From positions 1 through 64,000 of the forward strand of contig CBFFRQ010000056.1 of the NCBI GenBank assembly GCA_965644315.1: DNA of 64,000 bases, read 5' to 3'. Of this stretch, positions 1 to 10,800 are shown piece by piece. This DNA is from Caecitellus pseudoparvulus (Eukaryota; Protista; Bigyra: Bicosoecida). How positions within the stretch are numbered: the first letter of the stretch is position 1; each line of letters starts with the position of its first letter. The notes beneath the pieces are model-generated. The model did no database searches, was not told the origin of the DNA, and saw only the letters and a program-made list of their open reading frames with translations. The translations under genes and the position numbers were made by a program.

Positions 1-3000
1 CAATGCCGACGTCTTGGGCAGCTTCCTGTCCGCCCACCATGACCCGCACAGCCGCTTGAAAAGGCAGTCCTGCAGCCCACTTCGCACCCCCCCGCAGTGC
101 AGAGCGTGGGGGGAGACGGCAGAAGGCCTCACCGTCGGTGAAGGAGAAGACACCTGCTGAGATGAGCGGGCACTCGACGCCGCCCACAAACACAGAGGCT
201 TGGCTCACATCCACCCCAAAGTTCCTCCCAATCAGCCGCAGTGCTTGTCCTCCTGCAGGATCCGCAACGAGCGCAGATATCGGGTTGTCGCGCGAATCTA
301 CGACGACTGTGTCGAGGCGCGGAGGAGCGTATGAGATCAGCCGCTCCCGGCGCACAACAGGAACAAAGGCTTCGGGGCCTGAAAGAATCGTCATGCTCAA
401 GTTCGCGCCCACTCCAGTGCCCACGGTGCACTCAAGCTGGTCCCATTCAGGCACCTCCACTTGAGTGCAGGGCACGGACCTGTTGCCAATGAACACCTGC
501 GGAACGCCCCACATCGCCACCCAATGCAGCTGCCCCCGAAGGCGGATGCGTGCTCCCAAACCTGGCACGACAATGTGCTCTCCCCACAGACCCGTGGACA
601 CATCAGACACTTCATCAATACTTGCGGTTGGCGTACGCTGCCACCACACAGGCAGGGTAGGATCGTAAGTGCAAACGAGGACGCCTCCCCATTTAACCAT
701 AGTGCGCCCAGGACAAGACGCACGTTGATTCAAAGGACCGCTTCCCATGCTGGTGAGATCTTGTAGCAGGTGCACGTAGGTTGTTTGCAGTGCGGGCACG
801 GCCCGTAGCTGTGGTGCGAGTCGCGCATCGACATTTGCTGGCAACGACGACAATGACGGGTGCAGGAACCTGGAGGTAAGCACGCGCAGCTCCCGACGAC
901 TCCAATCAATGTGGATGTCCTGAGTGACAAGTTGGTCCGTGATGCTTACCGTGTTTCCGTACCCCATGCCTGTCTCTGAGCTCCCGAAACAGGCAAGCGA
1001 GCCGGACACTTTCACAGCACACGCAAACTGGTGTGTTGCAGCGACCGAAGAGACTCCACTTCCGACAGGAATTCTGATGTCAGAGAGGTCGGCAGAATCA
1101 TGTCCAAGCTTAGTCACTTCTGACGGCTGCCCCAGCCGGCCAAAGGTGTTGCTGCCCCAGCACAAGCTACTGCCGTCCACGCGCGCGATACAGGACGAGT
1201 AGGTGGACACATCCACTGCCACTGCTTCACCTACTGGTGCAACGTAAGAGGTGAGGCTAGAGAAAGGCGTGGAGACGCTTCCTTGGAAGTGGCATCCACG
1301 ACAGCCCAGAAACCCTGACTGGTCCGTGTCGGAGCCCCAGCAAACGACGGAACTGTTTGCCAGGATTGCGCAACTGTGCCAGTACCCAGCCGAAATGCTC
1401 ACGACTGTCCCGATGGGAATAGTCAATGAGCCAACCAGCTCTCCTGCTTCGTCACCGATGCTTCCTGAGCTCATTCCGTTGCCAAGTCGACCAGCCTCGG
1501 CCCATCCCCAACACACTGCGGTGCCGTCACGGCGCACACCGCAAACATGATTCTCCCCAGCAGAGACGCTGGCCATTGGACCAACTGAAGGAATGGCCAA
1601 GGAGGGGGTGAGCTCCCCAGGGCTGTCGCCAGTGGTGCTTGTGTGACCAAGGCCGAGTTGGCCTTTGTGATTCAATCCCCAGCACACTGTGGATCCAGCG
1701 GCATCGCCACGAACGGCACACGTGAATCGGAACCCCGCAGATACTGAAACAAATCCAGACCCAATGTTCACTCGGCGGGCATCTTGAAACATGGACTCCC
1801 GGGTCTCTCCAACGCTAATTTTGGAACCAGGATACCCAACTGCCCCCGTCTGAGAGTTGTAGCCCCAGCACAGAATGCCTCGTGTATCGGCCGTGATACC
1901 ACACCCATGTAGGAGGCCCAGATCAACATGTACCAACTTACCAGCTGGATGCATATAATCCTCATGCAGCTCACCGGGCAGTGCCCCGATCGGCGCTTTG
2001 GTCTCGACACCAAGGCGGCCATTCTGGGAAAAGCCAAAGCAGATCAGACGGTTCAGGCGGGTGCGTGCACAGCATGATTGACCACGGTTGCATGAGAGCT
2101 GCACAACCTCAGCATGTTGCCTATTCTGCAGAATATACTGTGAGGATGACACAACGAGCTCACGCTTGGCCTCCAAGCTAGATGAAGTGGAGTCCGCCCC
2201 TCGCCCTGAGCTTTCGCCTGTCGCGAGCGTTCCATCTGCCCCAAGCCCTAAGCAGGTCATCGTACCGTCTATGCGCATTGAGCAGGTATAGCCTTGTCCA
2301 ATCGCAAGGCCGATGGATGGCCCACCCCACCAAGATCCGCGCCCTGGTTGCACTTCCCCTTGCTCATCCCCGCGCCTGGTATGTGTAGCAGACCCAAGTT
2401 GTCCATCAAATCCGTTTCCCCAGCAATACATGGCACCGTTGGAACGCACACCGCACACATGCTGGCCACTCGAGCTCAGAGCGACAAAGTCTTCTCCAGC
2501 GGGAACCATCAGCCCCGGGTGCACCTCGCCAGGGTAATCACCCAAGTCATGTCGAGTTCCTTGGCCCAGCATTCCATCAACATTCTGACCCCAACACACG
2601 ATACCACCACTTAAGCACAGCCCACATGTCGTTTCATCGGCAATGTGAATCGCTACGAGTGGCGCGACTGGCACGACAGCAGCGGAAATGTTGTGCAGTG
2701 GTGAGAAGCCGAAGGAGCTGCTTGTGCCGTATCCCAGCTGGCCATGCGTAGATTTCCCGAAGCACACTGTTGTCAAGTCATTTCGAATGACGCACGAGTG
2801 TACGGCACCACCAGCGACGGCGTGTGCGGGCCTGCCAATCGGTATGGACAACGAAGCGTCCAGGGTGCCCTCCATAACGTTGACATTTGCATGGTCTCCA
2901 TAGCCACAACGCCCGTTGCCCCCGTGACCCCAGCAAACAACCGAGCCGTCTGCCCGGATTGCAATCGCGTGGATCTTTCCAACTCCGACAGCGACAATGC

Positions 3001-4177
3001 TGTCCCCAATCGGCACATGCATGCCTGGCCAGATCTCCCCCAGGTTGTCCCCAAGGTTGCTCGTCGTATTCTGACCGTGCACTCCAAACTCCCCATGGCC
3101 CCAACATGCCACCCGCCCGTCCCGTTTTAACACGCATGTGTTCAGGTCTCCAAGAGCTACTGCTCGCACAGGCCCGATCGGCACGGATCGCCCAGCGTGG
3201 GTGTGCACCGTGTCCGGCGAGTTGCCATACGTGCTTGAATCTCCAGTCCCCAGGCCACCCACAGATGAGTGTCCCCAACACACCACGCTCCAGTCTCGGC
3301 GGACTGCGCACGCTCGTTTTGAAGTCCCGGCGATCTGCACCAGGCGGGACGCTGCGCCGCTTAACGGTTGCAGCGAAAGTGAGCCAGGAGCCGGAAGACT
3401 CCCAGGAGCGGGGTCACCAGCTTCCCAGGCCAACGCCAACGTCGTCGAAGCTGAGCTGTCATTGCCAGCAAACAACACGTCAGTGTCCACGCGCAGCCAC
3501 ATGGTTGGCTGACTCCCAGCACACGGCTCGTTGTGCAGCCTGGAGGGGTGGCTGCACGGCACCAGCTCGTGGGCCAGGTCGAACCTGAGCCAGGACGCCT
3601 TTGACCCAGGAACATGATGTAACGTGTGCAAATGGGCTTCTGAAATCACAGCTGAAGCAGCGGACGCGTTCCATCCTTCGAATCGCAGGTGCACCAGGCG
3701 CTCCACAGGCCACGGCAGCGGCAGGTCTAGCCCCGTCACAGACGTGACATTGGTTGTCGTCAACAGCGCAGCTTGTGCTGGTGTGCCTGCCTTTGGGCCA
3801 ACCAGAATCCAGATGCTCCCATTGCCCTCACTCCCAGTCCAGCCGGCGGGCGGCCAGGACAGCTGCAAGTCTGTCGTGCCCCAGTACGGCGCCGCCGCCA
3901 TGGGCACATCATGCACAGCGCCCAGGCCTGCTCTACAGCACAACACCAGACAAAGCAGTCTCCATGGATATGCTGCGAACAACGTGGTTGCCTGGCGCTG
4001 TTCTGTTCGTGGTGCCCGGGGAAGCGAAGAGTGGAAAGCGGACTCATCCGCTGCAGTGCACTTCCCTGCGGCGGCGTTGTCAGCAACTCGACTGCTTCGT
4101 GCGATGCTGTGCGCTGGCTGCCCAAACACTGTTGGGTGCCCCACTCCCTTTTTCTTTGTGCTGCTGTCGCATGCCAT
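1..4177 (-). CDS. Large putative cell-surface protein, 3'-partial: 14 RCC1-like repeats (2 x 7 blades) followed by IPT/TIG-like domains
   Basis: Manually translated minus frame, open from the stop at 4289-4291 to the window edge; absent from the ORF track because no stop lies in the window. Repeats such as 'TCVLKRDGRVACWGHGEFGVHG', 'HVCGVRSNGAMYCWGNGFDGQLG' and 'FTCAVRGDAAGSTVCWGLNHKGQLGLG' span ~3330-960. IPT-like segments include 'SYAPPRLDTV...AGGQALRLIGRNFG...VFVGGVECP'. Start is uncertain (ATG at 4177 or 3901); hydrophobic 'WRLLCLVLCCRAGLG' at ~3920-3965. Confidence 0.85.
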   Translation of the reverse strand, partial: MACDSSTKKKGVGHPTVFGQPAHSIARSSRVADNAAAGKCTAADESAFHSSLPRAPRTEQRQATTLFAAYPWRLLCLVLCCRAGLGAVHDVPMAAAPYWGTTDLQLSWPPAGWTGSEGNGSIWILVGPKAGTPAQAALLTTTNVTSVTGLDLPLPWPVERLVHLRFEGWNASAASAVISEAHLHTLHHVPGSKASWLRFDLAHELVPCSHPSRLHNEPCAGSQPTMWLRVDTDVLFAGNDSSASTTLALAWEAGDPAPGSLPAPGSLSLQPLSGAASRLVQIAGTSKRACAVRRDWSVVCWGHSSVGGLGTGDSSTYGNSPDTVHTHAGRSVPIGPVRAVALGDLNTCVLKRDGRVACWGHGEFGVHGQNTTSNLGDNLGEIWPGMHVPIGDSIVAVGVGKIHAIAIRADGSVVCWGHGGNGRCGYGDHANVNVMEGTLDASLSIPIGRPAHAVAGGAVHSCVIRNDLTTVCFGKSTHGQLGYGTSSSFGFSPLHNISAAVVPVAPLVAIHIADETTCGLCLSGGIVCWGQNVDGMLGQGTRHDLGDYPGEVHPGLMVPAGEDFVALSSSGQHVCGVRSNGAMYCWGNGFDGQLGSATHTRRGDEQGEVQPGRGSWWGGPSIGLAIGQGYTCSMRIDGTMTCLGLGADGTLATGESSGRGADSTSSSLEAKRELVVSSSQYILQNRQHAEVVQLSCNRGQSCCARTRLNRLICFGFSQNGRLGVETKAPIGALPGELHEDYMHPAGKLVHVDLGLLHGCGITADTRGILCWGYNSQTGAVGYPGSKISVGETRESMFQDARRVNIGSGFVSVSAGFRFTCAVRGDAAGSTVCWGLNHKGQLGLGHTSTTGDSPGELTPSLAIPSVGPMASVSAGENHVCGVRRDGTAVCWGWAEAGRLGNGMSSGSIGDEAGELVGSLTIPIGTVVSISAGYWHSCAILANSSVVCWGSDTDQSGFLGCRGCHFQGSVSTPFSSLTSYVAPVGEAVAVDVSTYSSCIARVDGSSLCWGSNTFGRLGQPSEVTKLGHDSADLSDIRIPVGSGVSSVAATHQFACAVKVSGSLACFGSSETGMGYGNTVSITDQLVTQDIHIDWSRRELRVLTSRFLHPSLSSLPANVDARLAPQLRAVPALQTTYVHLLQDLTSMGSGPLNQRASCPGRTMVKWGGVLVCTYDPTLPVWWQRTPTASIDEVSDVSTGLWGEHIVVPGLGARIRLRGQLHWVAMWGVPQVFIGNRSVPCTQVEVPEWDQLECTVGTGVGANLSMTILSGPEAFVPVVRRERLISYAPPRLDTVVVDSRDNPISALVADPAGGQALRLIGRNFGVDVSQASVFVGGVECPLISAGVFSFTDGEAFCRLPPRSALRGGAKWAAGLPFQAAVRVMVGGQEAAQDVGI

Positions 4178-4873
4178 GGGAGTCTGTCGGCCGCCCCCGA
4201 GCAGCTTGCAACGGGAATGCAAATGCGCCCGCCAGCGGCGGCAGCGTCGGCGGCGGCGAGTGCTGTTTTCAACGACCAACCAGCAGAGTCAGATTCGTGT
4301 TGCAGACGAAAAAGGCACAAGGAATGGCGGGGACTTGACCAATCTTGCATCTCTCTGAAATATTTTTTGAACTTTGTCTGTGGGCAGGTCAAGCGAAGTG
4401 CAGTGGCGACGCCGCGGCCTGCTCTGCGGAAACGCTCCCCGCCCACCCGCCGGCGCTCCGCACCCTCCCTCACGCGTTCAGGACCTGCTGTTCGAAGGAA
4501 AATGAATCGGATGCCAGTGCTACAGTGAAACCATGATATCTTGTAGATCGTCACGGTTCCGGCGACCTTTGGAGGGACGTTACAGGTGTCCCCCCGCCAC
4601 ACCTCCGGCTGCGGAAATTGGACAGCGCGGGGGGCTGCAGGCCGTCGAGCACGATATCGGCACTCACACGATTCACCTCCTTGTACCATCTATGCATCCA
4701 TTAAAGTACTCTCCAAAACCCAGGAAGAGTGACGGAAGTCGCTAGAAATGGATTCTCATCAGTACCGGAGTGGCGGAGGGGTGCGACACCGGTGGTGACG
4801 ACTGTGCAACCCAGGCACCTTATGTTCAACTCACGTGCTGCGGGTATCGAACAGGAGCCGCACAAGAAGCTGC

Positions 4874-7800
4874 TTATGTGTCACCAGCAAGGGCCTTGGC
4901 GCGTTCCACCCGCAGGACTCCGCATGAGGCGAGGCAGGCTGCAGCCCCACGCCTGCAGCCAAAGGCACAGCACCACATGCATGCTGGCGGCAGCTTCCTT
5001 GTCTTGCGGGGCTTGGTGCTTCTCTTGGCCAGAACCGAGAGAAGCCACTTGTGCACAGGTCTCCTGCTCAGCCTGCAGTGCAGAACTGCAAAGGTGATGA
5101 GGACACCGAAGCTGACGAGCAAGAACAGCGCGTTGGTTGCGGTGATGGCAGACTGCAGGACATTCGCAGAGCCAGTGGCGGCCGAGGAAGAGTCTGCAAG
5201 GGACATGCCCCCGAACGCAGAGATGCAAATGCTAGCCAGGGCGGCTGTTTCCACAATGTTCAGCATGCTGTCTGCGTAAGGCTGTGCTGCCACGTGAATG
5301 ACGAGGGAAACTGTCAGGACCAAGGCAGCCAGCGAGGCTTGCAGGAAGGGCGCTCGGATCACCACGCTGATGATGCCGAGCAAGACTTTCCTCGGGAGCA
5401 CGACCAGCAACTCCCAGAACCAGAAGTTCGGCTGTTTTGCGGCGTGCCTCGCAAGCTGCGACTTGGTCATGGCAGCTGCGTGAGGGGGCAAGCGCGGGAC
5501 ACGGAAGCCTTCGTACACAGCCCCGAACACGTGTCGAACGGCGGGCGTGTGCACGAGGTGTCGCCGGGTGCAAAGGAGGGCTGCGCTTCCAACAGGAATG
5601 CCAACTCCAAAGAGGAGCAGGGCTATTCCTGCGACGAACTGTGCTCTCCCGAATTCCGTGTCCATGGACCCGTGCCCCACATCTGCCCGCAGCAGGATGA
5701 AGCCAAACACGGGAGTGTCCAAGCTGTCCAGCATGCGCAGGCATGCATCCACGACTGGGAAGTGGACAATTAGCAGCATGATGAATGCTGCTCTGTACGC
5801 TCTGTGTATCAGGCGGCTCTCCTCCTCCACATGCTTTTCTTTCGGCGTCGCCTGCACAGCAGTGTCGTCCACGACCGCGCCCGGCATGAGAGCTGGCTGC
5901 GCTCGAGGACTCTTCCCGCGTGCGCTCCAGGACAGCGGCTTCGCAGCGGCTGCTGGCGTGGGCACGAGGGGTTCATGCGCCCATGCTACTTTGCGGCCTG
6001 GTGGCAGGTCTTGTACGGTGAACGGGGGCTCTCCGCTTGCAGGCAACTCAAGGCAAACTTCTTCTTCCCACCAGTCCCTGTCTTCTGAAGGTTCTTCATC
6101 GATGGTTGGCGCCACTTTCACAGTCTTGACATCTACGACGGCTTCCGCGCTAGGCACAGCGGGAGACGTGCGTGCTTGGTGTCCAGAGGCCGGAGGGGTG
6201 TCTGCAGTCGCGACTTGTATCCTGTGCAACTTTGTCATATCCTCACGGTCCTCAGCAGCATACCGCTCCTGGCTGTCATTCGCTTTGGCCCTTCGGGGAA
6301 GCCTGACCCTGCAGCAGCACCCCAGGAGGAGGGGGACAGCCACAGCCAAGAGTGGGAGAAGGAGCGTGGCATAGAACCTGCTGTAGAACCCCATTTGGAT
6401 GGCACACTGCGCGCCAACCGAGCTTGTGGAGACCCCCATGGAGATGCTCGAGAAGGAGTCCATGACGCCATCCAGCTGGCTCTGTGGGGGCAAGCGAAGG
6501 CCGAGCAGCACGGCGTACATCTGCGCCCAACCCGTCAAAATGCGGAAGATCCCCACGCTCGTGCCTGCAGGCCTGTCAGATGACGTTCCACGGGATTCCT
6601 TGTTCAGAGCTAGCACCACGAGTACAAGTGTAAACACAATCCACGGCCCGATGCCGGTGATGATGCCCAGAACGCTGGTCGGGCACTCGCCACACAGCAC
6701 TTGGGAGCTGCTCCTCGCCCACCCTTCCATACACTCCCCGCAGAGAATGCCTCGGTGGCCAGGCGCGCACACGATTGCAGTGCTGTTGGCCGCTGGCACG
6801 CAGGCTTCGGCTGGTGAGCACTGCATCATTTCAGTGCTTGGAGTTAGGATGGCCTCATCTGACTCCCCCGTGCCGCCAGCAGCCTGCAGACCTCGACTTG
6901 CACCCCGTGACGGTCCCACCGCGAGGCCCCCCTTGGCCTGCTGGAGGACAGAATCCCTCGCTCTGCGCAGGCGGGGGTTTGAGGGCGCAAGGTCCGGATT
7001 CTGCGAGCACGTCTGGCACCAGAAGCCAGGTCTTGGCTTGTACTGGCCTGCAACACAGTCGACTCCGGTTGCAGGGCAGGGCACGCACGCCACACGCTCG
7101 GTGTCCGCGAACGTCCCAGGCGGGCACTCCGAGCACGCTGCAGCTTCATCTTCCGCTGATGCTCGGACAGTCCCAGAGGGGCACATTTCACAGGCAGTGG
7201 CTTGGGACGAGCTTTGCGTCGCCGGCTGCCAACCAGGGGCACAGACGCATGACAAGGAATCTGCTGCGAGTACCTGGGAAGGTGTCTCGCACAATGGGGC
7301 GAGCAGATGCAACGCAGAGAGGTGCTGTGGGCTCGCCAGTCCGCTGCGCAGGGGCGATCCCCCAACACTTGCGCCAGCGACCACTGGCCCAACTGCTCCA
7401 GGTATGACATCAAACTGCGAGATGCTCCCGTTCAGTGTTGTGAGCCCAACGCTCAGCTCAACTGGATCCCATCCCTGCAAGATGCTGACCTGAGGAAGTT
7501 GTTGTGCTGGCCGAACGGGGGCGGCAGCTGCGTCACGAGTCACCACAGTCAGCCCAAGGCGCTCGTCAGCCGTGACGGAAAAGACACTCCCCCTGGGCGC
7601 GGCCGCTGACACGTTGGCAAGCTCGGCTCGCTGGGCTGATTCCCACTGAACACTGCTTGCCTGCCCGACTGGCCGTCCTGGAACTACGACTATCGTCACC
7701 GGAATGCTGCGCACTTCCCGATATGCAGCTATGGCCACAGGGTCAGCTGCTGAACTGGCAGTGTCAGACAATTGCGCCGTAATTTCAAAGGCCATCTCAG

Positions 7801-10800
7801 TGTGCTGTGGGGTCGCGCTACAAAGTGCACGAGCTGACCGCTGATCACTGCCCGCTGCACACGCGTGTCGGTCGAAAAGCGCAAACACTGGAACGGTCGC
7901 CTGCCCTGTGCCAGAACTGAGGAGCACAGGCGATGACTGTGGTGCCCCGACACGCAGCCAGCTGGAGGCTGAAGTGTTTCCATTCTGTGTCAAGGCGCGC
8001 AGCGACAAATGTGCGTCGCCCGTCAAGGTTTGTAGCAAAACGAAAGCGCCTGCAGTCCCTGCATCCGGGGACACATGCAGCGTGACCTCCTCCGGGACGA
8101 CTGACAGCAGGGTGCTTCGCATGCGGACTCGAAGCGGGAAAGGGTCCTTTAGGACGCCTGACAGCGAATCAAATTCGTTGGTTTCAATGTGAAGCACCTC
8201 TTCAAATAAACCACTCAGGGATGCATCATAGCTGAAGGTGTACACGGCAATGTCGGAGCTGCTGCCAGCTGCGACCACCCCCTCCAAGCCCTGCGACGAG
8301 CTGAGGGGAAGCACCGTCCCATCTGCACTAAGCTGCGCCAAAGCAGCGCGAACCATAGGAGTGACCGATTGGGAGCCGGCATGTGCACACTTGCGAGCAG
8401 TGTCACACACCCCGAGCCACTCGGCACCTGCTCGGCCCGGTGCCAAGCGCAGACGCCAACGCAGCGGGCTGGAGCCCCGGTTCTCAATGCGGAATGGAGT
8501 GGTACCGTTACGACCAGGAATCACATTTCGCTGCAGAAGAGAAGGAGTAAGTACCATGTTGGGCCCGACAACCCGGACAACGATGGGAATGGTCAGAGGG
8601 AGCAGGTCTGCAATGGACCTTCGCCCCGGCGATCTGGCCGAGTCGGTGGCCCCGTTTGTAGCAAAGATGCTGAGGGTTGCCCGGTGAACACCTGGGCCCA
8701 GGCCCCCTGAACGCACAGCTACTGCCACGCTTCCTTTGCCTTGACCACGGCCGCCAACCACTGTAGCTTCCGCCCAACTTGACCCTCGCCGCTGGTGTGT
8801 GACGCTGACACCCCATGCCACTCGGTCTTCTGCAAGCACAAATACGTTCAGGTTCTCGACGCCGGTCGCATCAGCACCAGCTTCAACCTGAGTTGACAGC
8901 TGTTCTGGGAAGGCTTCAAGGAATGGCAGAGGGGCGGGGGTCGTTGACGGGGTGCGAGAGGGCGACGCTCCTGGGCTCTTGGATGGAAGTGGGGTTGCTG
9001 ATGACGTCGCTGTGGGTGTGGGTGATGACGACGGCGAAGGAATGACAAGAGGAGAGCGAGATGGAGCCGACGAAGGCAAGCCCACTATGGGACCTCGAAG
9101 ATCGATGAACTGGATGGGAATGACAGCTGTGGTGTTCAACCCCGCCACTCCTCGCAGGGTAACCAAGAGGGAAAATTGGGGGGTGAAGGGAGGAATGGCT
9201 GCCGTGTACTCCACAGGCAGTGCAGGAAATCCCTCTTGCGCACCCTGGCCTGCTTTTATCGCCACAACCCCCTGGATGAAAGGAAAGGTGCCAAACACAG
9301 TGACAGCGGCCTGCCACCATTGGGAGGGATTCACGCAAGGGGGCCACGCCAATTGCACGAGGGCGGGTTCAAGGCACCGGACATTCTGAATGCTCAGAAG
9401 TTGCAAGCTTCCCGTGTCTCCCGCATCCCTGAAAGACAGTGGTGCACCCAAAGCAACTCCAGTTCTGGACTGGGCCAGTAGCAGAGCTGCCGAAGTTTTC
9501 GTTCCAAAGGGAATGCCTGGAGCGGGCGCCGGGACCACTCCAACTGCTCCCAACCAGGTCGGAGGCTGCGGAGATGGCGTGGTGCTTGGCCGTGAGGTTG
9601 GGGAGGGGGTCAGACTCGGAGTTGGCTGAGATGAAGATGAAGGCGTGGGCAGCTGGCTGACAAGGGAAGCCGTGGGGGAACTTGACACTGTTGGGGTGAC
9701 TGTCCCCGACACGGAGGGAGTGGAAGTAGATGTGGGCGTGCCAGAGGAAGTGGCTGTGCCAGAACCTGTGGGCGTTGGCGAGGAACTTGGCGTGGGGCTC
9801 ACCGTGGAGGCGCTGCTCGGAATGGGCGCCACAATGCATGAACCGCTTGCTGCGATTGCACCGCTCGCAAACTCTGCGGGAGAGCACGGGCCACGAGATG
9901 CAGGTGAGACAAGAGACATGACAAACACACCACCGGTCCCAGAGCTTGATGCCAGGCTTGCAAACATCACTTCCTCTCTCCACGTTCGGGAACTTGAGCC
10001 GACCGCGGAAAGGGAAGTAGCCGGCAATGCTCCGAGAGGGAGGTTCCCAGTATTGAACTCAGCGGCAGAGTCTGCACGGGATTGCAATGTATCTGGCATG
10101 AAAATGACATGAATGGTGCCCCCGTCGCCTTCGGCTTTAGTTGAAGCGACAAGCAAGTCAGGAACACCATCTCCGTTCAGGTCAGGGCCCAGCGCTAGCG
10201 CTGAGGCGAATAGGCCCATTGAGTGCAGTCGCAGGCCTGGAAGGGGCGACTCTGCGTCAACCAAGGCCCATGCAAGCCGTGCTGTAAGGTTCGCCTGCAG
10301 GAGAACAACAAACAGCTCACCGCCCTCGTCGCCTGCAAGCGTGCGATTCCGGGCACCAACCACCATGTCTGGGACGCCGTCTCCGTCCCAGTCTCCAATG
10401 CTTGCAATGCTGATGCCCCACTGGCTGCCCACTCTGGCAGGAACATGACTGAGGGCGCCTGCAGAAGGCAGCAGCTTGTTCCCAGTCGAAACCTGTCTGC
10501 TACGGTTCATTCCCAGCAACCACACAGCTCCGCCAGCCTCACATGCCGCGCTATCATTGTGCGACCCAACAGCAACATCTGGGATGCCGTCACCAGTAAC
10601 GTCGCCCATACCAGCGATACTTCGCCTGGCGAAAGCAGCATTGGGTTCCAACAACCCTGCCAGAGGCCCACTACCTCCATCACTGAGCTGTACAAGCTCG
10701 ACAACACCTGCAGGACTGAGCTGCAATGTCCACAATCCTCCTGCTCCACTTCCCCCTGCTCCAGCCGCAATGACAAGGCTGCCCGAAGCATCAAACCGGC

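Noticed and set aside
4330-4395. Sm-site-like ATTTTTTGA inside a CTTGACC/GGTCAAG inverted repeat (snRNA?)
   Set aside because: No U1, U2, U4 or U5 signature sequence nearby.
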